Assembly (NCBI RefSeq): GCF_030013595.1
Contig: NZ_CP122768.1
Origin: Escherichia coli
GTDB taxonomy: Bacteria > Pseudomonadota > Gammaproteobacteria > Enterobacterales > Enterobacteriaceae
Length of the DNA stretch: 64,000 bases
Reading direction: 5' to 3' (one strand)
Shown here: one piece after another, positions 35,245 through 42,980 of the stretch
Layout: each line of letters opens with the position of its first letter
How positions within the stretch are numbered: position 1 is the first letter of the stretch
Position numbers and translations under genes: made by a program
The notes under the pieces: model-generated
What the model saw: only the letters and a program-made list of their open reading frames with translations
Told to the model about the DNA's origin: nothing
Database searches by the model: none

Positions 35245-35523
35245 ATGGCAAAAGTCCTTAACACATACGAACAAGCGGATTTTGAGCGTTTGGCGGCGTT
35301 CTACCCATACCGTAATGAACATGGGCTACCGGTACTTGAAGAAAGCCTGGAGGATTATGCGAAACGCACAAATCAAAGCATTCTCGCTGTAAGAAGGCAG
35401 GCTGATAGATCGGTAATTCCCGTTACTCAAGAAGGAAGAAACACAAAACGCAAAGTAAATCTCTTCGCAATTTTCCTGAAAACCATCAGAAACGCAGAGA
35501 AATACGTGCAAATGACAAAATAA
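35245..35523 (+). CDS. cox: Cox/Apl-like excisionase-regulator (putative)
   Basis: 92-aa ORF first in the rightward early operon; central ...YAKRTNQSILAVRRQADRSVIPV... resembles the P2 Cox HTH segment. Confidence 0.55.
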   Translation: MAKVLNTYEQADFERLAAFYPYRNEHGLPVLEESLEDYAKRTNQSILAVRRQADRSVIPVTQEGRNTKRKVNLFAIFLKTIRNAEKYVQMTK

Positions 35524-35537
35524 CGAGGTGTCATTTT

Positions 35538-35876
35538 ATGCTGAAGCAACGCCGTAATTTTTGTACCGGAACAGAACGCCACGCTAACCGTTTCACTACC
35601 AGTGCATCACGCAGCAACATCCGCTACAGCCTGAGTGATACACACGCAACGCCGGATGGCTACCCAGTAAAACAAATCGGCGAGCACGCCTGGCTGATTG
35701 AGAAAGCTGGAATCGTGATCCACAAATGCCCACGCAATCCGTTTACCGGAAACCGCATTTTTGCACTGAGCTGTGGCGACAATCAGTTCGGGCAGGATTT
35801 CACATTATACGAAGCACTTCGCACGGTTGATCGTCTGCTTCGCGGGCAAAGTTTTATTAAACAGGCTGATTTATAA
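35538..35876 (+). CDS. hypothetical early-region protein
   Basis: 112-aa ORF in the early operon after cox; no family recognised. Confidence 0.45.
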   Translation: MLKQRRNFCTGTERHANRFTTSASRSNIRYSLSDTHATPDGYPVKQIGEHAWLIEKAGIVIHKCPRNPFTGNRIFALSCGDNQFGQDFTLYEALRTVDRLLRGQSFIKQADL

Positions 35877-35886
35877 CAGGTGCTTT

Positions 35887-36174
35887 ATGACCAAAGACCA
35901 TGCACAAGGTGTATTTATTCGTTTTATTGATTTTCGCGGTGAACTGTTATTACGTGCATCCGCTATTGACGGAGTGACTCCGGCGGGTAAAAACGGAGCC
36001 GACGAAGCCACTTACGTTTATCTGAACGGCACGCGACTGCTTGTGGAACTTCCGTACCAGACCGTACGAGAAATCATCAGCGAAGCTGAAAAGGCACGCC
36101 AGGTTAATGGCGATGAACCCTATATCGAAATTATTTGTATGGATTCAGAAGCTGAAATACAGAAAGCAGATTAA
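35887..36174 (+). CDS. hypothetical early-region protein
   Basis: 95-aa ORF from ATG 35887 (MTKDHAQGVFIRFIDFRGELLL...), abutting the previous ORF. Confidence 0.45.
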   Translation: MTKDHAQGVFIRFIDFRGELLLRASAIDGVTPAGKNGADEATYVYLNGTRLLVELPYQTVREIISEAEKARQVNGDEPYIEIICMDSEAEIQKAD

Positions 36175-36182
36175 AGGGCGTT

Positions 36183-36428
36183 GTGATGGGCAAAGAATAT
36201 AAAACTCTCATTAACAAAGCACTTGAGCGTTTTTATTTTCGCTTAAGTGCATCAGGCGCTCATGCTGAACGTGCGGCCCGTGACTCATTGACCAGAGCAA
36301 TCCGAAGTCTGTATGACGTGGCTTTTTACGCTGATGATCTGGATGCACTTAACGAACTTTCCGAGCTGATCTGTGCCGCAGAATGCGGGGAACATATTGA
36401 ACCGTATAAGCTGGGAAATATCGCATGA
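36183..36428 (+). CDS. hypothetical early-region protein
   Basis: 81-aa ORF MMGKEYKTLINKALERFYFRL...; stop overlaps the next start (ATGA). Confidence 0.45.
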   Translation: MMGKEYKTLINKALERFYFRLSASGAHAERAARDSLTRAIRSLYDVAFYADDLDALNELSELICAAECGEHIEPYKLGNIA

Positions 36429-36538
36429 GTATATTTATTTCATGGCTTGTTCTGATTATTTCGGTGGCCTGCGCCATTGGGATTATGCGAATTATTAATT
36501 CAGTAAAAAAGATTGAACGCTTTTTCACTGAAGAATAA
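36425..36538 (+). CDS. small hydrophobic peptide (37 aa), putative
   Basis: MSIFISWLVLIISVACAIGIMRIINSVKKIERFFTEE; single predicted TM helix; ATGA coupling to the upstream ORF; below the ORF-track cutoff. Confidence 0.3.
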   Translation: MSIFISWLVLIISVACAIGIMRIINSVKKIERFFTEE

Positions 36539-36624
36539 CCGCGCAAATAAGACCCCAGGTTAAATAAGAAAATGTGAAAACAATCCGCATTCGCGGAGGT
36601 ATTCGCACACGCCAAGGAGGCGTA

Positions 36625-36828
36625 ATGGCAATTAAGCATTTTCCTGTCGTTCGTTTCACCTCCAGAGGACGTGAATACGAAGTTGACGAACGCCTGATTA
36701 CCACAATCGACAAACACCGTTCAGAAAAGGATGCACATCACATCTATCTCACTGACGGCACTTACTTCTGCGCCACCAATGTGGTGCAGGTGAATCTTAT
36801 CAGACAGGTACAGGAGTCACGCAGATGA
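36625..36828 (+). CDS. hypothetical early-region protein
   Basis: 67-aa ORF from ATG 36625 (MAIKHFPVVRFTSRGREYEV...), preceded by AAGGAGG 5 nt upstream. Confidence 0.45.
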   Translation: MAIKHFPVVRFTSRGREYEVDERLITTIDKHRSEKDAHHIYLTDGTYFCATNVVQVNLIRQVQESRR

Positions 36829-37070
36829 CCATTCTGGACTACATCGCTGCCAATCCGGGTTGTAGCAGTGGAGAAATCGCCGCAGCACTGAATACACCAA
36901 CCACAACCATTAATGCGGAGCTACGCCGTCTCTGGCGCAGCGGTTTAGTCACAAGAAAAGAGCGCAAAACAGGCGGTCGCTTTTCTTATCAGGTAAACCC
37001 GATGCCGTTTGGGTGTAGCAACCCACTAACCCAGATGTTCAACCAGCTACTGAGGGAAATCAGAGCATGA
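36825..37070 (+). CDS. small winged-helix-like DNA-binding protein (putative)
   Basis: 81-aa ORF MTILDYIAANPGCSSGEIAAALNTPTTTINAELRRLWRSGLVTRKERK..., MarR/ArsR-like recognition-helix pattern; ATGA overlap with the previous ORF. Confidence 0.5.
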   Translation: MTILDYIAANPGCSSGEIAAALNTPTTTINAELRRLWRSGLVTRKERKTGGRFSYQVNPMPFGCSNPLTQMFNQLLREIRA

Positions 37071-37211
37071 GCACCTCCAACTGCCGGAAACCACGTCGGG
37101 CTTCAGCAGCTCATCCGGCAGCAAAACAAACTCCATTAATTCCTGTTCCGGGCCTTTCCTGCACCTTGCGGCGGGAGGCCTTCGCACATCTGTAACAAGA
37201 GGATTGCCGCA

Positions 37212-37577
37212 ATGATTCTCGCCAACGACTTTCTTGAATACCTGCTCAACACAGAGCGTGATCTTGCCGTTCGCGTGCGTGAACGTTATGACATGTACCT
37301 GAAATCCCTGCCTGTACCGCAGCTCGCTGACGGAAAGATTGTTATTGATGGTCGCTACATGATTGACAGCCACGAGGGAAATTACAGGCTTTACCGCATT
37401 GAAGGTGGCACCCCGTCCGTTATTGGCATTTACCAGCGCCCATCCTCTGCAATCGTCGATGTGATTGCCGACAGCATCCGCATCACACATCGCCATGCCG
37501 ACACAGAAGACACCGTGCTGGAAATTCAGCGGCTGGCTACAGTCTGCCGCGACACCCTGAATGGCATGACGAAGTAA
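37212..37577 (+). CDS. hypothetical early-region protein
   Basis: 121-aa ORF immediately upstream of replication gene A. Confidence 0.45.
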   Translation: MILANDFLEYLLNTERDLAVRVRERYDMYLKSLPVPQLADGKIVIDGRYMIDSHEGNYRLYRIEGGTPSVIGIYQRPSSAIVDVIADSIRITHRHADTEDTVLEIQRLATVCRDTLNGMTK

Positions 37578-37583
37578 ATCACT

Positions 37584-40406
37584 ATGACGGCAAAGTACAT
37601 CAGGGACTGGCAACAACCGCGCCACGCAGTGGGGCGTGAAGGAACGGGGATCCCCGCTCCTGAATCCGCGCTTTCCTCCTGGCTGGATGCCTACCGGGCA
37701 GAGAACGAGCGCCGCCAGGAAATGGCTGATGCGGCGTTCTCCGCCACGCCGCTGGGCAACCTGATTAATAAAAGCCTGGACGCACAGGAAAAACAGGACA
37801 AAACCATCACACTGGCAGGAGACGCCAGAAAACAGGCACGCGGCGCGGTGGATGAAGCCATGGCCTCGCTGCGCCTGCTGCCGTCCTATCTGCGCGATCC
37901 GCTTATTCGCCACCTCTCCTTCCTGCGCAAAAAACAGGAAGCCGATCGTCAGAAAGGAAAAAACGCCAGGCAGGCAGAACGCTATGCGCGTGGGACCCTG
38001 CGCAAAATATTCGAACGTCTGGAGCGCACCGATCACCGCTGGCTGACACCGGGTTATCGCTCCCTTGCCGGACGCGAACGCCTGGACGATTTGCTTTACC
38101 TGCCGCAGCTCAACAAACACCAGATACAGACGCTGGCCACCATGACGGCGGCGATGTTCAGCAGCACCTTCGAAAAACTCTGCGATGGCTTTGGCGCGAC
38201 CGATGGCGAACTGACCATGGATGTAACGCTGAAGGCGTATCAGATGCTGGCCCGCATGGCGTTACACCTGCACATCATGCCTCCACATTATGACGCACTG
38301 ACAACAGACAAAGACCGGAGGAACGAACCGGACACGGAGCTGCTGCCGGGCGCAATCCTTCGCCTGACCTGTGCGGAATGGTGGAAACGCAAACTGTGGC
38401 TGTTACGTTGCGAGTGGCGGGAAGAACAACTCCGCGCCGCCTGTCTGGTTTCCAGAAAAACATCACCCTATCTGAGCCAGGACGCGTTAAGCGAGTTTCG
38501 CGCACACCGCGAGAAAACACGCGATTTCCTGAAAAGTTTCATGCTGGAAAATGAAGACGGGTTCACGATTGATCTCGAGACGGTGTATTACGCGGGAGTA
38601 AGTAACCCGGTTCACCGTAAGGCAGAAATGATGGCCACCATGAAGGGGCTGGAACTTCTGGCCGAAGCCCGTGGCGACAGAGCGGTGTTTCTGACTGTCA
38701 CCTGCCCGTCAAAATACCACGCAACAACGGAGAACGGTCATCCGAATCCCAAATGGAACGGGGCCACCATGCGCGACTCCAGCGATTACCTGGTTAACAC
38801 GTTTTTTGCGACGGTCCGCAAAAAACTGAACCGCGACGGTCTTCGCTGGTATGGCATCCGCACGGTGGAGCCTCACCATGACGGCACTGTGCACTGGCAT
38901 ATGATGGTCTTTGCACATCCGGACGAGATTGAAACCATCGTGTCCCACGTCTGCGATATTGCCATTCAGGAAGACCGCCACGAGCTGGGCGATGATATTA
39001 CTCCGCGTTTTAAAGCGGAGTACGTCGACGGCTCAAAAGGCACGCCAACCAGCTACATCGCCACCTACATCGGAAAGAACCTGGACAGCCGCGCCGTGGA
39101 TGGCATCGCCCCGAAAACGGGCAAGCCACGCGTTGACCACGAAACCGGAAAATCAATGGCCGAGAGCGTGGAGCGCGCCATCGGCTGGGCGCGCCTTCAC
39201 CGGGTCCGCCAGTTCCAGTTCTTTGGCATCCCCTCCCGTCAGGTGTGGCGTGAACTGCGCCGCCTTGCCAGCCAGATGGCACGCAACCCGGAAGGCCCGC
39301 AACGGCTGAAGGATGACGCAATGGATGCAGTGCTCGCTGCCGCTGATGCCGGGTGTTTTGCCTCCTACATTGAAAAACAGGGCGGCGTACTTGTTCCACG
39401 CCAGGACTACCTGATTCGCACCGCCTACGACCTCGCAGATGAGCTGAACGATTACGGCGAACAGAGCGTACAGATTTACGGGATCTGGTCACCACTCATC
39501 GGGGAGTCTTCCCGTGTGTGCACACATCCGGATAACTGGAAGCTGGTAAGACGTAAACCGGAAGCGGAAGACAGCGCCCGCGAAAATGGTTTTGACCTTC
39601 AGGGCGGCCCTGCCGCCCCTTGGACTCGTGGCAATAACTGTCCCCGTGTACAGGAAACGGACAACAACGGGACAGAACAGCCGGAAGAACGGCCAGCACC
39701 GTGGCCGCAGCTCCCTGACGGCGTTGAAGTGAACGAATGGATGCGCTCACTGAAACGGCACGAACGCCGGGCGCTGATGCGTTCGCTTCGTGACAAACAG
39801 GCAAAAAACAGCAGTGATGAAATGCAGAGCTGGACACAGAGCCGCAAACAGCAGCGGCCTTTGCCTGATAACCACGAATTACTCGCTAAAGAATGGCGGG
39901 AGTCTGCTGAATCTCTCGGCCTGCATATCGGTGAACAACAGATGCAGCACCTGTTACGGGGCGGCAGTCTGTACGTTGACGGCAGCATCATTGCACCGCA
40001 GGGATTTGAAATTGTACGCAAACCGGATACCCGCCCGGACAGCCGAATCACGCAGCTCTGGCAGCGCCTGAGCCGTAATCATGGCGTAAGCAGCACGGAG
40101 ATCCGCCATAACCCGGTCGCCAGCTATCTGGCACAGCTGGGGGCATCAGACCCTGAAGCCGCCGCACGCCTGGCATCCACACTTCAGCAGGACCAGAACA
40201 CCATGAAAACACCCGTTACCGTGCTTTCTGACATGCTGCGCGCCATCCGCGACGCAGAGCACGCACAGAGAATCAGTGAAACCACTGAACGCGCCAGCCG
40301 CAAAGCAGACCTGCTGCGGGGTGGCCTGACCAGTGGAAACAAAAAACAGACAGAAACGGGACTCACGAATCCCGCAAATGAGCAAAAAACGCGCAGCGAT
40401 ATATGA
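37584..40406 (+). CDS. A: replication initiation endonuclease, P2 gpA family (rolling-circle, HUH motif)
   Basis: 940-aa ORF with ...WYGIRTVEPHHDGTVHWHMMVF... HxH motif and ...YIATYIGKN... active-site Tyr region typical of P2/186 A proteins. Confidence 0.9.
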   Translation: MTAKYIRDWQQPRHAVGREGTGIPAPESALSSWLDAYRAENERRQEMADAAFSATPLGNLINKSLDAQEKQDKTITLAGDARKQARGAVDEAMASLRLLPSYLRDPLIRHLSFLRKKQEADRQKGKNARQAERYARGTLRKIFERLERTDHRWLTPGYRSLAGRERLDDLLYLPQLNKHQIQTLATMTAAMFSSTFEKLCDGFGATDGELTMDVTLKAYQMLARMALHLHIMPPHYDALTTDKDRRNEPDTELLPGAILRLTCAEWWKRKLWLLRCEWREEQLRAACLVSRKTSPYLSQDALSEFRAHREKTRDFLKSFMLENEDGFTIDLETVYYAGVSNPVHRKAEMMATMKGLELLAEARGDRAVFLTVTCPSKYHATTENGHPNPKWNGATMRDSSDYLVNTFFATVRKKLNRDGLRWYGIRTVEPHHDGTVHWHMMVFAHPDEIETIVSHVCDIAIQEDRHELGDDITPRFKAEYVDGSKGTPTSYIATYIGKNLDSRAVDGIAPKTGKPRVDHETGKSMAESVERAIGWARLHRVRQFQFFGIPSRQVWRELRRLASQMARNPEGPQRLKDDAMDAVLAAADAGCFASYIEKQGGVLVPRQDYLIRTAYDLADELNDYGEQSVQIYGIWSPLIGESSRVCTHPDNWKLVRRKPEAEDSARENGFDLQGGPAAPWTRGNNCPRVQETDNNGTEQPEERPAPWPQLPDGVEVNEWMRSLKRHERRALMRSLRDKQAKNSSDEMQSWTQSRKQQRPLPDNHELLAKEWRESAESLGLHIGEQQMQHLLRGGSLYVDGSIIAPQGFEIVRKPDTRPDSRITQLWQRLSRNHGVSSTEIRHNPVASYLAQLGASDPEAAARLASTLQQDQNTMKTPVTVLSDMLRAIRDAEHAQRISETTERASRKADLLRGGLTSGNKKQTETGLTNPANEQKTRSDI

Positions 40407-40451
40407 AGCGCGCACAAAACAGGCAAAAACGGGATTTCAGAATCCCGTAAA
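40354..40451. repeat. two 25-bp dyad-containing direct repeats straddling the A stop codon, upstream of the parM-like gene
   Basis: AAACGGGACTCACGAATCCCGCAAA (40354..40378) and AAACGGGATTTCAGAATCCCGTAAA (40427..40451); each contains CGGGA-N8-TCCCG; 73-bp centre-to-centre. Confidence 0.6.
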
Positions 40452-40482
40452 CGATTAATTAATCAACATAAGGAAAAGCGAC

Positions 40483-41442
40483 ATGAAAATTTGTATCGAC
40501 GACGGCTCCACCAACATCAAGCTGGCATGGACTGAGAACGGCGAACGCCGCAACGCCATCAGCCCGAACAGCTTCAAGTCGGAATGGTCTGCGCCGTTCG
40601 GCGGCACGCAGCCCGCGAACTACATGCTTGATGGCGTGCGCTATGGTTTTGATCCGGTCAGCGATCGCTTTGTCCAGACGACCGACACGCAATACCAGTA
40701 CAGCGATGTAAATGTCATTGCCATTCATCACGCGCTGGTCAAATCAGGCATCACGCCACAGGAGGTGGATGTGGTTGTCACCCTGCCACTGAGCGAGTAT
40801 TTCGACACAAACGCACAGCCGGACATGGCCAACATCAACCGCAAAAAAGCGAACGTTATGCGCCCGGTGGAGTACCAGAACGGCGAAGCATTCACTATCC
40901 GTAACGTGCGGGTTATGCCTGAATCCATTCCGGCTGGCTTTAAAGCACTGGCTGACATGAGTCCGTTTGAATCCCTGCTGATTGTGGATTTAGGTGGAAC
41001 CACGCTGGATGTGGCAAAGGTTCAGGGACAACTGGCAGGTATCAGCCAGGTGTTTTGCGATCCACACGTAGGCGTTTCCCTGATGGCCGATGCAGTACTG
41101 TCGGTGATGGCCACTAACGGTATGCGTACCAGTCACCACATCGCCAATACCATTATCGAACATCGCCATGATGAAGCCTGGCTGCGCCAGCACATCCACA
41201 ATGACGCGCATTACGCCAGCCTGATGGCGGTTATTCGTGAAAAGGAAGAAACACTGAAACAACGCGTGATCCGCGCGCTGGCGGGTTTTTCGGGTTACGG
41301 GCGGGTGATGGTTGTCGGTGGCGGGGCGGAGATTGTGGCACCCGCTATCCGCGAAGCCTGCGGAGTTAATGCGACTTTCATCGCGGACGGGGTGCCACAG
41401 TTTGCTCTGGTTAATGGGCTGTACGCAATGGACAAGGAGTAA
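40483..41442 (+). CDS. parM: ParM/StbA-family actin-like ATPase
   Basis: 319-aa ORF MKICIDDGSTNIKLAW...NSFKSEW...YSDVNVIAIHHAL...VMPESIPAG...IVDLGGTTLD...VVGGGAE...LVNG, alignable throughout with R1/R100 ParM/StbA. Confidence 0.85.
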   Translation: MKICIDDGSTNIKLAWTENGERRNAISPNSFKSEWSAPFGGTQPANYMLDGVRYGFDPVSDRFVQTTDTQYQYSDVNVIAIHHALVKSGITPQEVDVVVTLPLSEYFDTNAQPDMANINRKKANVMRPVEYQNGEAFTIRNVRVMPESIPAGFKALADMSPFESLLIVDLGGTTLDVAKVQGQLAGISQVFCDPHVGVSLMADAVLSVMATNGMRTSHHIANTIIEHRHDEAWLRQHIHNDAHYASLMAVIREKEETLKQRVIRALAGFSGYGRVMVVGGGAEIVAPAIREACGVNATFIADGVPQFALVNGLYAMDKE

Positions 41443-41446
41443 ACCA

Positions 41447-41758
41447 ATGACGACACCAACCAGACGGATAAGTTTCTATCTGAAGCCCGCCGCCGTCAAG
41501 AACGAAGGCGAAGCATGCGCCTGGCTGGACAGCCTTACACCAGAAGCCCGCAAAAGCGGCCAACGTGTGGCTTTTCTGGCCGGGCTGGCACTTCTGAAAA
41601 TGAATCCGGCAGAGGCTTACCGACTGGCTGCATGGGCTGACGATGAGGCGTTATCAGTGACACAAACCAGGACAGAACGCCCCGCGTCACAGCCAGTACC
41701 AACCACACAGATAACCAGTCGGATGGCCGGAAATATCAGGGCGTTATTTCCCGAATAA
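41447..41758 (+). CDS. parR: ParR/StbB-like adaptor protein (putative ribbon-helix-helix)
   Basis: 103-aa ORF MTTPTRRISFYLKPAAVKNEGEACAWLDSLTPEARKSGQRVAFLAGLALL...; AAGGAG 7 nt upstream, 4 bp after parM stop; N-terminal pattern resembles R1 ParR. Confidence 0.65.
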   Translation: MTTPTRRISFYLKPAAVKNEGEACAWLDSLTPEARKSGQRVAFLAGLALLKMNPAEAYRLAAWADDEALSVTQTRTERPASQPVPTTQITSRMAGNIRALFPE

Positions 41759-41786
41759 CACAACATCAGGGCGCATCCGCCCTGAT
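41735..41786. repeat. ATCAGGGCG direct repeat plus a 9-bp-stem hairpin at the parR 3' end
   Basis: ATCAGGGCG at 41735..41743 and 41765..41773; inverted copy CGCCCTGAT at 41778..41786 forms a hairpin with a CATC loop. Confidence 0.55.
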
Positions 41787-41821
41787 GACTTTAATCCGGG
41801 AACATAAACAAGGGGGACACA

Positions 41822-42154
41822 ATGCAACACATTGACAGAGAAAAAGCGCAGCGACTGATTGAGCGGATGGAAGCGCTGGCGAAAGAAGAAAATGTCAACA
41901 TCCAAAAAATAGCTGAATGTGGCCAGATAGTTCTTCGTCGTGAAAAAGACCTCAAACAACTGATGTCTGGCGAAACCAGCAAAACATGGACTTCAGGCGA
42001 GGAGACGATTTATTGCAGCTTCTGCAATAAATCTCAGTACGAAGTCACAAAGGTGATTGCCGGACCGTCTGTTTACATCTGCAATGAGTGCGTGGATTTG
42101 TGCAATGAAATTATCAGGAGAGAAGTGACAGACAAAAAGGGAAAAAACGCATGA
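41822..42154 (+). CDS. ClpX N-terminal zinc-binding-domain homolog with N-terminal coiled-coil extension
   Basis: 110-aa ORF; C-terminal ...[40 protein letters not shown] is near-identical in pattern to the E. coli ClpX Cys4 zinc-binding domain ([40 protein letters not shown]); AGGGGG RBS. Confidence 0.8.
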   Translation: MQHIDREKAQRLIERMEALAKEENVNIQKIAECGQIVLRREKDLKQLMSGETSKTWTSGEETIYCSFCNKSQYEVTKVIAGPSVYICNECVDLCNEIIRREVTDKKGKNA

Positions 42155-42489
42155 ACAGAAAACAAAAACAAGAGTTGAAATACTTTTTACGTAAAGAAAT
42201 TGCCAGGCTTGAAGATGCAGAATCACAATCATCAGAAATTCCGTTCGGAATGGATATCAACGACGCCCGTATGCTCCAGGCATACCGCATAGCTCAGGCT
42301 GCACTACAGGCAAAACCGTCAGATGGACTGGTTAGAGCAGTACGATTCTATGAACTGGTAAAGCGTGAGAATCCGCCAGCCGAAACCGGAGCATGGAAAG
42401 ACGCTGTTGACTGGGTACTCAAAGAGGCTTGTCAGGTTGTAAACACTGGCATCAAAGGAGACCTAGCCCAGCCTGCATCAAAGCTATAG
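42151..42489 (+). CDS. hypothetical protein translationally coupled to the ClpX-domain gene
   Basis: 112-aa [29 protein letters not shown]...; ATG overlaps the upstream stop (ATGA); followed by a strong terminator. Confidence 0.55.
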   Translation: MNRKQKQELKYFLRKEIARLEDAESQSSEIPFGMDINDARMLQAYRIAQAALQAKPSDGLVRAVRFYELVKRENPPAETGAWKDAVDWVLKEACQVVNTGIKGDLAQPASKL

Positions 42490-42498
42490 AAATGAGCC

Positions 42499-42526
42499 AA
42501 AACGCCCTCTTCCAGGGCGTTTATTT
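42499..42526 (+). terminator. rho-independent terminator closing the accessory island
   Basis: AAAACGCCCT-CTTCC-AGGGCGTTT followed by ATTTC. Confidence 0.75.
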
Positions 42527-42529
42527 CAA

Positions 42530-42669
42530 TGCACAATAGTGCACAAATTTGCACAATTTTTTTGAACGAATTTTTGCCCTTCCGGCCCGCGTGACAGTTG
42601 GATCCGTCAAGGATCCGTGCGTGCACAAAAAAACGCGCTTTTTCTGCGCGCAGGTGACGGGGGAACAGC
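42530..42669. other. candidate cos/packaging region of the P2-like phage
   Basis: Non-coding interval before portal Q where P2 has cos; three TGCACAA repeats at exact 10-bp phasing (42530, 42540, 42550) plus a fourth at 42622; GGATCCGT at 42600 and 42611; palindrome CTGCGCGCAG 42644..42653; GGTGACGGGGGAACAGC (42653..42669) loosely resembles the P2 cohesive end. Confidence 0.4.
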
Positions 42670-42980
42670 CCGCGTTTCAGGGGGTAAATAGCATTCCCTG
42701 AACGATGTCGCAGAGATACAACAGAATGGCTGTATTTCTCACGCTGAGCGTGAAAAAGATGTGAGGGCTTTTGATTTGATGGGGTGAAAGGTAAGGCCGT
42801 CAAAATCGCACTGAGGCGGCGAGAACATACAGTCAACGCGGTAGGATTGCGTAAGAGTCTGACCGTCGATGGTGGCGATAAACTGGAAGGCGTCGTGAAA
42901 TTATCTGATTGATACAGGAGCTGGAGAGTCGGGGCATAAATTTTTTATGCCCCGGCGAAGCAGCAGACAAGCGAAGCGCG

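Noticed and set aside
37047-38120. 357-aa minus-strand ORF
   Set aside because: Antisense to the 5' part of replication gene A, which has the HUH motif and correct operon context
42600-42618. Two GGATCC (BamHI) sites 11 bp apart, considered as a cloning-vector or polylinker trace
   Set aside because: Each is part of an 8-bp direct repeat GGATCCGT within native-looking phage sequence; no other vector-like features
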